Source: Christensenella sp. UBA4626
Lineage (GTDB): Bacteria > Bacillota > Clostridia > Christensenellales > UBA1242
DNA length: 64,000 nt
Reading direction: 5' to 3'
NCBI GenBank assembly: GCA_002406115.1
Contig: DHNC01000035.1
Location: 23,349 to 87,348 of the forward strand
A program made the translations under genes and the position numbers. Under the pieces are notes generated by a model. It saw only the letters and a program-made list of their open reading frames with translations, had not been told where the DNA came from and did not search any database. Shown here piece after piece: positions 46,759-59,708 of the stretch (positions are counted from its first letter, which is position 1; each line of letters opens with the position of its first letter).

Positions 46759-47992
46759 CGTTGTGACCTTGGGCTGTAAGGTTAATGAATATGAAAGTCA
46801 ATCAATAATGAATCAATTGAAACAAGCAGGCTATGAAATCTTTGAAGGATTGGTGCCTGCCGATGTTTACGTTGTCAACACTTGCGCCGTAACAAACACT
46901 GGCGAGCGGAAGTCAAAACAAGTGCTTGCAAAGTTGGAAAAACTCAATCCGAACGCAAAAATTGTGGTCTGTGGTTGTGCAGTTCAAAACAATCCTGCCA
47001 AATTTTTGGGCAACCCAAATGTGATTGCTTTGACAGGCAACAGCGGCAAACAAAAAATCATGGATTTCATCAACAAGCAGAACAAGGAATTGCCAGATTT
47101 GATGAATGAAAGTTATGACGATATGCCTCGTCCAATCGAAACCCGCACACGTCAATACATAAAAATTCAAGACGGCTGCAATTACTTTTGTTCTTATTGC
47201 CTTATTCCTTATGTTAGGGGTAGGAGCCGCAGCCGTGATTTGAACGACATTTTGGCAGAGATTTCCGAAACCAAAGCCAGTGAAATTGTTCTTACTGGCA
47301 TAAATATGAGCGATTATCGCATTGACGGCAAACTTGCTTTGGCAACTTTGATAGGCGAAGTTGACAAGTTGAACAAACGTTTCAGGATTTCATCAATCGA
47401 GTGCAATATTTTGGATGATGAGATGTTTAAGGTTTTGAAAAATTGCAAAAATTTCTGTCCTCATTTCCATTTGAGTTTGCAATCTGCGTGCAACCAAACA
47501 TTAAAGCGAATGAACAGGCGTTATACTATCGAAAAATTTATTGAAATTACAGATAGGATTCGCAAAGAATTTCCAACCGCCTGCATTTCAACCGACCTCA
47601 TTGTTGGCTTTAAAGGCGAAACGGATGAGGAATTTGAAACCACATTCAAAAACTTGCAACGCATAGGCTTTGATTTTATGCACATCTTCCCATACAGCAT
47701 TCGTTCTGGCACGGCAGCAAGCAAGATGGGCGGTGATGTGCCAGCGGATGTCGTTAAACAACGTGAAAAACGTTTGCAAAAATTAAATGCAGAATTTAAA
47801 TCCAAATTCTACGCAAAAAACAAAGAAACTGAACACAAACTGTTGGTTGAAATTGTTGACGAAAACTGTTCAATTGGCTATACTGATAATTATATATATA
47901 CATATTTGCCAGGCATATATAAAGTTGGCGAAATTGTTGATGTTAAGCTAAAAGACACCTTCAAAAAAGGTATGTCCGCTGAAAAAATTTAA
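46748..47992 (+). CDS. mtaB: tRNA ms2t6A methylthiotransferase MtaB (radical SAM)
   Basis: TLGCKVNEYES N-terminal domain, CNYFCSYC cluster and a C-terminal TRAM-like region. Follows rsmE as in Bacillus yqeU-yqeV. Confidence 0.85.
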   Translation: MRASVVTLGCKVNEYESQSIMNQLKQAGYEIFEGLVPADVYVVNTCAVTNTGERKSKQVLAKLEKLNPNAKIVVCGCAVQNNPAKFLGNPNVIALTGNSGKQKIMDFINKQNKELPDLMNESYDDMPRPIETRTRQYIKIQDGCNYFCSYCLIPYVRGRSRSRDLNDILAEISETKASEIVLTGINMSDYRIDGKLALATLIGEVDKLNKRFRISSIECNILDDEMFKVLKNCKNFCPHFHLSLQSACNQTLKRMNRRYTIEKFIEITDRIRKEFPTACISTDLIVGFKGETDEEFETTFKNLQRIGFDFMHIFPYSIRSGTAASKMGGDVPADVVKQREKRLQKLNAEFKSKFYAKNKETEHKLLVEIVDENCSIGYTDNYIYTYLPGIYKVGEIVDVKLKDTFKKGMSAEKI

Positions 47993-48118
47993 GGAGAAAA
48001 TATATCTAAAAACGATATATGATTTTCTTTTCGCTTGCTGAGATGCAAGCATTTATAAATCAAAAAGGAGAAAATTATATCAAGAGTGATATAAAATCTC
48101 CTTAAAAAGGAGAATATT

Positions 48119-48454
48119 ATGGAAGATTGCGTATTTTGTAAGATTAGAAAAGGTGAGTTGCCAAGCACAACTCTTTACAAGGATGATGATTTTATGATTA
48201 TTAAGGATATCAACCCACAAGCAAAAGTTCACCTTGTGGCAATCCCAACTGAGCATGTGCCAACTATCGACATGATGACAGATGAGGGCACAGCACTTCT
48301 TGGCAAAATTATGGGCAAAATCAGCCATATGCAAGCCGAACTCGGGCTTAACAATGGTTATCGCCTCATCATCAATCAAGGTGCGGACGCAGGTCAAACA
48401 GTTGCTCACGTTCACATCCACATCCTCGGCGGCGAAAAACTCAAAGAATTCTAA
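48119..48454 (+). CDS. HIT-family (histidine triad) nucleotide hydrolase
   Basis: CVFCKI... and the HVHIHILGG triad. Confidence 0.9.
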   Translation: MEDCVFCKIRKGELPSTTLYKDDDFMIIKDINPQAKVHLVAIPTEHVPTIDMMTDEGTALLGKIMGKISHMQAELGLNNGYRLIINQGADAGQTVAHVHIHILGGEKLKEF

Positions 48455-48457
48455 TCA

Positions 48458-48490
48458 AAAAACCACCAATATGCTTGGTGGATTTTTTTT
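48458..48490 (+). terminator. Intrinsic terminator after the HIT gene
   Basis: CCACCAA/TTGGTGG stem followed by a T8 run. Confidence 0.75.
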
Positions 48491-48579
48491 GTGAATACAA
48501 CAACCAAATATAAGTGTAGAGTTATGATAAATAGGGACATTTTCACAAAATGTTATAAATTTTTATTGTATAATAGATA

Positions 48580-48846
48580 CTACTGATTTTCGTGGTCAAA
48601 CTTAAATTCGCCGATTTCAATCCCAGTAATAAACGCCAATTTTATATATTTATCATATTCCAAAAAGTGCAAATAATCCCAATGCTCATGCAAGTAAAAA
48701 CACAAATCATCAACCAAATTTTTATTTTGGTCGCATAGCAAATTTTTTATTTTTTCTTTCGTTTCTTGAATGTTTTCGTATTCAAAACTTTCCTTTTCAT
48801 CAATATTTTTAAAAGTTTTACATTGTAAAATCAAATCAATAAACAT
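48580..48846 (-). CDS. Hypothetical small protein, divergent partner of the XRE regulator
   Basis: 88-aa ORF with very strong SD AAAGGAGGG. No motif recognised. Confidence 0.55.
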   Translation of the reverse strand: MFIDLILQCKTFKNIDEKESFEYENIQETKEKIKNLLCDQNKNLVDDLCFYLHEHWDYLHFLEYDKYIKLAFITGIEIGEFKFDHENQ

Positions 48847-48890
48847 TTTCCCTCCTTTTAAATCTTTAGATCAGTAAGCCAATCAATCCT

Positions 48891-48965
48891 TTACCGATAT
48901 AATGATAAAAATATAATAATACCGAAATATCGGTAAGTCAAACATTTTAACCATAATAATGGTAA
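48891..48965. promoter_or_regulatory. Three 18-bp palindromic operator-like sites (TTACCR-N6-YGGTAA)
   Basis: TTACCGATATAATGATAA at 48891, ATACCGAAATATCGGTAA at 48919 and TAACCATAATAATGGTAA at 48948, spaced 28-29 bp apart in the divergent intergenic region. Confidence 0.55.
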
Positions 48966-48986
48966 AATATTTTAAAGGTGGTTAAA

Positions 48987-49199
48987 ATGGAAGTATTTTC
49001 AAAAAGGTTAAGAGAATTACGAAAGAGTAGAAAAATGTCGCAACAAGAATTGTCTATCAAAACACATATCAGTCAATCAAATATTTCTTCTTATGAACTG
49101 GGGCAGAACAAACCAACAATTGATGCGATTATTGCATTGTGCAAATTTTTTAATGTCAGTGCGGACTATTTGATTGGTCTATCTGATGATTTAATCTAG
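48987..49199 (+). CDS. XRE-family helix-turn-helix transcriptional regulator
   Basis: FSKRLRELRKSRKMSQQELSIKTHISQSNISSYELGQNKPTIDAIIALCKFFNVSADYLIG is a classic HTH_3 pattern. Confidence 0.85.
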   Translation: MEVFSKRLRELRKSRKMSQQELSIKTHISQSNISSYELGQNKPTIDAIIALCKFFNVSADYLIGLSDDLI

Positions 49200-49390
49200 C
49201 CTTACCAATATTTCGGTAAAAGTAACCATTGAATTATTGATTGATGTTTTATAAAAATAATTTGATATCAAAGATGAGATTTCAATTTATTTTTGATAAA
49301 ATCTTTTTGGATTACATCTAATATAAATATGAGAAGTTAACAAAGTAAAATAGACAGTAAGGATTTTGTGCGGAAATTTTGTCAAAAACA

Positions 49391-49419
49391 TTGACAATGT
49401 TGTTATTTTTGCGTATAAT
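49391..49419 (+). promoter_or_regulatory. Consensus sigma-A promoter (TTGACA-17-TATAAT) for rpsU
   Basis: Perfect hexamers at 49391-49396 and 49414-49419. Confidence 0.65.
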
Positions 49420-49457
49420 AATTTTCAGTTTAGATCTAAAAGTGGGTGAGTAAGGAT

Positions 49458-49646
49458 ATGACAACAATTCGTTGTGGCGAAAATGAATCAATTGAAAGCG
49501 CTTTGAAACGTTTCAAACGTAAATGTCAAAAAGACGGCATTATTGGTGACTTGAAAAAGAAACAAGAATACGTAAAACCAAGCGTTGCTAAAAAAGAAAA
49601 ACAAAAAGCAGCACGCAAACGTGCCATGAAAAAATCTAGATATTAG
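49458..49646 (+). CDS. rpsU: 30S ribosomal protein S21
   Basis: ESIESALKRFKRKCQKDGI...KPSVAKKEKQKAARKRAMKK. ATG 49458 preferred over GTG 49446. Confidence 0.85.
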   Translation: MTTIRCGENESIESALKRFKRKCQKDGIIGDLKKKQEYVKPSVAKKEKQKAARKRAMKKSRY

Positions 49647-49653
49647 GATTTTG

Positions 49654-49682
49654 AAATCACTGGGTCGCCAGTGATTTTTTTT
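49654..49682 (+). terminator. Intrinsic terminator after rpsU
   Basis: AAATCACTGG/CCAGTGATTT stem followed by a T-run. Confidence 0.8.
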
Positions 49683-49856
49683 ACGATAATACATATTGAG
49701 AGAGTAGCAAAATAATTTGATTTGTTATGCAACAAAAAACAAACAACATTCAAAATTGTAGGCAAGGCATATTTGGTCTATCTTTAACCAACTGATTTTG
49801 CTATGAGACAAACTAAATGTAAGCAAACTTTGACTTTTAAATTTCATTTAAAATGT

Positions 49857-49885
49857 TTGCGTTTGTTTTTTTTGTGTGATATAAT
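49857..49885 (+). promoter_or_regulatory. Candidate promoter for pcrA (TTGCGT-17-TATAAT with TGn extension)
   Basis: Hexamers at 49857-49862 and 49880-49885. TG at 49877-49878. Confidence 0.5.
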
Positions 49886-49970
49886 CAAAATGTAAAACAA
49901 AAAACGATTTGGTTAAAGAATTTTCAAGGCAAATACCTAGTAAAATTTTTTTTAATCCAAAAGGAGGATT

Positions 49971-54223
<4,253 letters not shown>

Positions 54224-54227
54224 CATA

Positions 54228-54256
54228 TTGACAATTTGCATTTCCCGTGCAATAAT
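54228..54256 (+). promoter_or_regulatory. Candidate promoter (TTGACA-17-AATAAT)
   Basis: Hexamers at 54228-54233 and 54251-54256, upstream of the 109-aa ORF. Confidence 0.45.
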
Positions 54257-54283
54257 ACGCACATAAGTTAAGGAGATAAGTTT

Positions 54284-54613
54284 ATGACAAAGAAAACATT
54301 TACTTCAAAATTGCCAATGTCAAACAAAGTTGCTGTTATTGAAAAGGTTGAGGCATACATCCCAAAAGATTACCGTTTGGAATACAACCACTTTGATGCG
54401 GAAGATGTTTTGGTTGTTGATATTTACCACGAATATAAGGGCTATGCAGCCGAACTTCAATTTTCAGATAAAGGCGTTGAAATTGTAGACCAGCAAGATA
54501 AAGACCTTGAAATCCCATTGAATTCTATCGAAACAATTTGGGTTGGTGAACTTGAAGAAAACTATGGCAAGGCATATGTCAATAGTATAAATCAGACAAC
54601 TTTCAATATTTAA
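54284..54613 (+). CDS. Hypothetical protein
   Basis: 109-aa ORF with SD AAGGAG. No motif recognised. Confidence 0.5.
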   Translation: MTKKTFTSKLPMSNKVAVIEKVEAYIPKDYRLEYNHFDAEDVLVVDIYHEYKGYAAELQFSDKGVEIVDQQDKDLEIPLNSIETIWVGELEENYGKAYVNSINQTTFNI

Positions 54614-54767
54614 TAAACTGAATTTTAAATAGAAATCATGCTTCATTGTTACACACAAGCAAGAAAATTGCAGTATACAAGCAATAAAATTGCTGAATGC
54701 AAGCAAAAATTCATTAAAATTATGGCATCTGTTTTGCCGTTAACCTCAAAAACACTCTAATTTTGCT

Positions 54768-54795
54768 TTGAAATTTGAGTGTTTTTTTGTATAAT
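54768..54795 (+). promoter_or_regulatory. Candidate promoter for smc (TTGAAA-16-TATAAT)
   Basis: Hexamers at 54768-54773 and 54790-54795. Confidence 0.5.
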
Positions 54796-54823
54796 AATTA
54801 CACTTGTATACAAATGGGGAAGT

Positions 54824-57800
54824 ATGATAAATTTTAAAGAGATTGAAATAACCGGCTTCAAATCGTTTGCGGACACAACCCGCATTTCTTTTGACGGCGG
54901 TATCACTGCGATCGTAGGGCCAAATGGATGCGGCAAATCAAACGTAAGCGACGCCATCCGTTGGGTTCTTGGTGAACAATCCAGCAAAGCATTGCGTGGC
55001 AAAAGCATGCAAGACGTTATTTTTGCCGGCACTGAAAAACGCAAAAAATTGAGTTATTGCGAAGTGTCACTTGTTTTTGACAACACTCAAAAATGGTTTA
55101 ACATTGATTTGGACGAGGTTACTTTGACCCGTAAATTATATCGTAGCGGCGAAAGTGATTACATGATAAACAAAAAACCTTGCCGTTTGAAAGATATTCG
55201 TGACCTGCTTTACGATAGTGGTGTGGGTAAGGATGGTTATTCTATCATCGGTCAAGGTAGAGTTGACGAAATCATTCAATCAAAGCCGGAAGATAGGCGT
55301 GCAATTTTTGAAGAGGCGGCAGGTATCGCAAAATACAAAGCCCGCAAAACCGAAACTGAAAATCGCCTTGTCCGTGTGAGGGATAATTTAAGCAGGGCAA
55401 ACGACATCATCACCGAAGTTGAGCGTAGGTTGGGGCCACTTAAACGCCAAAGTGAAGATGCAAAAAAATACCTTGAATATCGTGACCAACTCAAACAAAT
55501 GGAAATTGATGCTTACGTTTATCAATTTGACCATGCAGCACAAACCAAAAATGACATAAATGTCAAATTGCAAGGATATAAGGACAATTTAAATGTTTTG
55601 ACAAATAGCCTTGAAACCGAGCAAGCAAAATATGACAAATCCATCAACGAAATTGACCAACTTGACAAACGTTCGGGCGAGTTGCATGACAAACTTCTTG
55701 CAGCAAACATCAGTTTGGAAAAAAGGCAGGGGGACACCCGTCTTTTGAACGAACAAACCCGCTATTTAAAAGAGCAAATAGACCGTTTAACCGCTCAAAT
55801 TGATAGCCTTAATATGGACATCAATCAAAAATCCGCTTTCGTTGGCAACGCCAGCGTGGTTTGCGATGAGGAAAAACAAAAATTGGCAACTCTCAATCAT
55901 GAGGCTCAGGAACTTAGCCAAAAGCATTTGACCCTTATCGACGATTTAACAAAAAACGAAACCGAAAAAGAGGAAAATCAACGCAGTTTGATTGATAACC
56001 TTGCCAAACTTACCGACATCAAAGCAAATTTGTCAGCATACATAGCAAAACGTGACGCTATGCTTGAAAATATTAAGAATGACACTGAAAAATTGAACGC
56101 TTTGCAGTCCGAGCAATTAACCTTAACCGGCATCGTCAAAGATTTGACAAAGCAGGTGGAAACACTTGGCAGCACAAAGCAAGAAAAAGAGGCATCAATC
56201 GCAAAAATATCCAATCAAATTGACAATTTAAGTCAGCAATTGGAAAGTTTGTCAGAGTCTATTTACGCATTAAAGACTGGCATTTCAAACAACACCAATC
56301 GCAAGAATATTTTGGCAAATTTGCAAGCAGATTTTGAAGGCTATCAGTTTGCTGTCAAACGTTTGATGCAGGATAGCAAATCCAATGCAAAACTCAACTC
56401 AGCAATCCAAGGCGTTGTTGGCAATATTATCTCTGTTGACCCAAAATTTTCAACTGCTATTGAAATTGCTTTGGGCGGCAGCATCCAAAACATCGTCACA
56501 AAAGACGAAAATGATGCAAAAACTTTAATCAGTTATCTTAAAGACGCTCGCTTAGGCAGGGCAACTTTCTTGCCAATAACTGCCATCAAGCCTCGTTATT
56601 TGTCCAATCAAGATAGGCAATATCTCAACACCACAGGCTGTTTGGGTGTGGCAAGTGAACTTGTAAAGACGGAAGCAAAATACAAGTCAGTGATTGAAAG
56701 TCTGCTTGGTGCAACCGTCGTTTGCGACAATTTGGACAACGCCGTATTCTTGGCAAAACGCAGCGGTTATGCTTTCCGTATTGTCACACTGGAAGGCGAT
56801 TTGTTGTCCCCACAAGGCAGTATGTCTGGCGGCAGCAAAAAGAGCAATGATAGTTCACTTTTAAGCAAAGAAAATGAGATTAAAGCCCTTGAACAAGATA
56901 TTGCAAACAAAACCAATGAGTTGCGTGCCTTGGAAAAGGAATATTTATCTCAAAATGAAAAGGCTGACAAATTTAAAGATTTGATGACAAGCGAAAATGC
57001 AAGTTTGCAACAAGTTAGCAGCGAATTTTACAGCAAAAATGCACAATTGGAGCATAACAATGCCAAATTGGAGCAATTGAACGAAGATATTTTCACATAT
57101 CAAAGTCAAATCAAGGTAGCAAGCAATATTGTTGGCGAATTAAATTCTCAAATCAATTCAATCGACCAAGTTGAGTTGGATTACACAGCGACCCAAGCAA
57201 AAGTGGGCGAGTTTAACGAAAACAACAAAAATGCTTATGAAGAATTAAAGTTGCGTAGGGATGAGTATCAGGAAGCACTCACTTCTTCCCGCATAAAAAT
57301 TGCCGCAACGGAAGAAAAGATAAAGTCGCTTGAAAAAGACATCGAGCAATACACAAACGACATCGCAACAACAAAGCAAACTATCGAGCGTTTGAACAAC
57401 GAATTGTTAAGTCAAATGCGTGTTTATGACGAAGCAATAAATTTAAACCGCTCTAAAAACCAAACTTCTGAAATTGACAATCTGAAATCTGAAATCGAGG
57501 ATTTGACAACAAAAATCAGTCAATTTGACGATTTTAAACAGACATTGATGCGTGAGTTGAAAGATTTGGACGATAAAAAGACATCTTTGACAGGCGATAT
57601 TGCCAAACTCAACAACAAAATTTATCAGGAAGAAACCAGACTTCAAAAAGTCGACATCGACATCGAAAATATGCAAGAACGTATTTATGAGGAATACGAA
57701 CTTACTTACAATGATTGCTTAAAATTAAAGCAAATTGGCGAAGACTTTGATTTGAAGGAAACTTTGATAAAGATAAGCAGAGTTAAAAATTTGATAAACT

Positions 57801-58450
57801 CACTCGGCTATGTCAATGTAAACGCAATTGAAGAGTATAAGTCTGAGGGGGCTAGATTTGAGGAAATGTCCTCACAGGTTGAAGACCTCAAAAAGGCGGA
57901 AGAGGATGCGGTAAACATCATCAAAGACTTGTCAAAAGAGATGCTGGATAAATTCAACACAGAATTTTCACAAATTCAAGAAAACTTCACCAAAGTGTTT
58001 AAAGAATTGTTCGGCGGCGGCAACGCAAGATTGGAAATTTTGCCAAGCGAAGATCCGCTTACTGCCGGCATTGAAATTATCGCTCAACCACCAGGCAAAA
58101 TGCTGAGCAATATCACGCTTTTGAGTGGTGGTGAAAAGACCATGACAGCGATTGCAATTTTGTTTGCGATTTTGAAACTTAAACCTATGCCATTCTGCTT
58201 CTTGGACGAAATTGAAGCAGCGTTGGATGATGCAAACATCGAGCGTTATGCGCAATATTTGAAACGTTTCAGTGACGAAACTCAATTTATTGTAATCACT
58301 CACCGTAAGCCAACAATGGAAGTTGTGGACACTTTGTATGGTGTTACAATGGAAGAAAAAGGCGTAAGTAAAATAGTGTCAGTTAAACTTAGCGATGCTG
58401 TCAAACTTTCCAGCGAGGAAGCACATAATAAAGAAGAGATAAAAGGTTAA
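54824..58450 (+). CDS. smc: Chromosome segregation protein SMC
   Basis: N-terminal GFKSF...GPNGCGKSN, long coiled coils, a hinge with GG-rich motif and C-terminal LSGGEK...LDE. ATG 54824 follows GGGGA. Confidence 0.95.
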   Translation: MINFKEIEITGFKSFADTTRISFDGGITAIVGPNGCGKSNVSDAIRWVLGEQSSKALRGKSMQDVIFAGTEKRKKLSYCEVSLVFDNTQKWFNIDLDEVTLTRKLYRSGESDYMINKKPCRLKDIRDLLYDSGVGKDGYSIIGQGRVDEIIQSKPEDRRAIFEEAAGIAKYKARKTETENRLVRVRDNLSRANDIITEVERRLGPLKRQSEDAKKYLEYRDQLKQMEIDAYVYQFDHAAQTKNDINVKLQGYKDNLNVLTNSLETEQAKYDKSINEIDQLDKRSGELHDKLLAANISLEKRQGDTRLLNEQTRYLKEQIDRLTAQIDSLNMDINQKSAFVGNASVVCDEEKQKLATLNHEAQELSQKHLTLIDDLTKNETEKEENQRSLIDNLAKLTDIKANLSAYIAKRDAMLENIKNDTEKLNALQSEQLTLTGIVKDLTKQVETLGSTKQEKEASIAKISNQIDNLSQQLESLSESIYALKTGISNNTNRKNILANLQADFEGYQFAVKRLMQDSKSNAKLNSAIQGVVGNIISVDPKFSTAIEIALGGSIQNIVTKDENDAKTLISYLKDARLGRATFLPITAIKPRYLSNQDRQYLNTTGCLGVASELVKTEAKYKSVIESLLGATVVCDNLDNAVFLAKRSGYAFRIVTLEGDLLSPQGSMSGGSKKSNDSSLLSKENEIKALEQDIANKTNELRALEKEYLSQNEKADKFKDLMTSENASLQQVSSEFYSKNAQLEHNNAKLEQLNEDIFTYQSQIKVASNIVGELNSQINSIDQVELDYTATQAKVGEFNENNKNAYEELKLRRDEYQEALTSSRIKIAATEEKIKSLEKDIEQYTNDIATTKQTIERLNNELLSQMRVYDEAINLNRSKNQTSEIDNLKSEIEDLTTKISQFDDFKQTLMRELKDLDDKKTSLTGDIAKLNNKIYQEETRLQKVDIDIENMQERIYEEYELTYNDCLKLKQIGEDFDLKETLIKISRVKNLINSLGYVNVNAIEEYKSEGARFEEMSSQVEDLKKAEEDAVNIIKDLSKEMLDKFNTEFSQIQENFTKVFKELFGGGNARLEILPSEDPLTAGIEIIAQPPGKMLSNITLLSGGEKTMTAIAILFAILKLKPMPFCFLDEIEAALDDANIERYAQYLKRFSDETQFIVITHRKPTMEVVDTLYGVTMEEKGVSKIVSVKLSDAVKLSSEEAHNKEEIKG

Positions 58451-58517
58451 ATACACAATATATTGTTGTGTATTCCTTTTGCTGTCAATAATTATTTAAA
58501 TTAAAAAAAGGGTCAAA

Positions 58518-59381
58518 ATGGGAATATTTAAAAAGTTTTTTGAAAGATTAAAATACGCTTTTAAACGTACAGAATTGGATGATGATTTTTACGACGAGTT
58601 GGAATCTATCCTTGTTTCCAGCGATATGGGCGTTGAAACTGCAATGGACATTATGGATGAACTTAAAGCGGTTTGCAAAAAGAAATTGATAAAAGACACC
58701 GATCGTGCGGAAAAGGAATTGAAACAACTTTTGATTGACAAATTGGATGCAGAAAAAGTTAAATTTAATTATCCGCTAATCATCACCGTTGTTGGCGTAA
58801 ATGGCGTTGGCAAAACCACCACAATTGCCAAAATGACAAAGTATTTTCAATCGCAAAAAAAATCGGTCATATTGGCGGCTGGCGACACTTTCCGTGCAGC
58901 AGCAACCGAACAACTTAATATGTGGGCAGATAGGCTTAAAACAAAGATTGTAAAACAGGGCGAAGGGGCAGACAGTGCGTCAGTCGTTTTTGACGCCATT
59001 TCAAGTATGAAAGCAAAGAATTTTGATGTCCTCATCGTCGACACCGCCGGCAGGCTTCACACAAAAACCAACCTTATGAAAGAGTTGGAAAAAATCAACA
59101 CAATTGTCAATCGTGAATATCCCGAGGCACAAAAACTCAACCTCATTGTGTTGGATGCTTCAATCGGTCAAAACTCAATTGCTCAAGTCAAGGCTTTTAA
59201 GGACAGCGTAAACATCGACGGCATTGTGCTTACCAAACTTGACGGAACTGCAAAAGGCGGCGTGGTTTATCCAATCATCAACGACCTTCAAGTTCCAATC
59301 ATATTCACCGGGTTTGGTGAAGGCGTGGACGATCTATCCGTCTTTGACGCCGAAAACTTTGTAAACAAAATTTTAATGTAG
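58518..59381 (+). CDS. ftsY: Signal recognition particle receptor FtsY (short form, NG domain only)
   Basis: GVNGVGKTTT, DTAGR and TKLDGTAKGG motifs. Confidence 0.9.
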   Translation: MGIFKKFFERLKYAFKRTELDDDFYDELESILVSSDMGVETAMDIMDELKAVCKKKLIKDTDRAEKELKQLLIDKLDAEKVKFNYPLIITVVGVNGVGKTTTIAKMTKYFQSQKKSVILAAGDTFRAAATEQLNMWADRLKTKIVKQGEGADSASVVFDAISSMKAKNFDVLIVDTAGRLHTKTNLMKELEKINTIVNREYPEAQKLNLIVLDASIGQNSIAQVKAFKDSVNIDGIVLTKLDGTAKGGVVYPIINDLQVPIIFTGFGEGVDDLSVFDAENFVNKILM

Positions 59382-59387
59382 GGCTTT

Positions 59388-59708
59388 ATGAATATAGAAG
59401 AGAGAGTTAGAGTTGCGGTTTTGGTTAAATATTATGGCAGGTTGTTGACGGCAAAACAAAGAGATATAATCTCAATGTACGTCGACAATAATCTTTCACT
59501 TGCTGAGGTCAGTGAAGAACTTAACATTTCCCGCCAAGCGGTTAAAGATGCACTAGATACCGCCTTTTTGTCATTGGAAAAGTATGAAAAAGAATTGAAT
59601 TTTATTGCAAGAGATTACAAACTTAAACAGACCATAGAAGACAAACCACTTGCCAGCATTGATATGGCAACAAGGTTGGAAATTTTATCTATTTTGGAGG
59701 ATAATTAA
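59388..59708 (+). CDS. ylxM: YlxM/UPF0122 putative HTH protein of the SRP operon
   Basis: YYGRLLTAKQRDIISMYVDNNLSLAEVSEELNISRQAV. Lies between ftsY and ffh. Confidence 0.8.
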   Translation: MNIEERVRVAVLVKYYGRLLTAKQRDIISMYVDNNLSLAEVSEELNISRQAVKDALDTAFLSLEKYEKELNFIARDYKLKQTIEDKPLASIDMATRLEILSILEDN

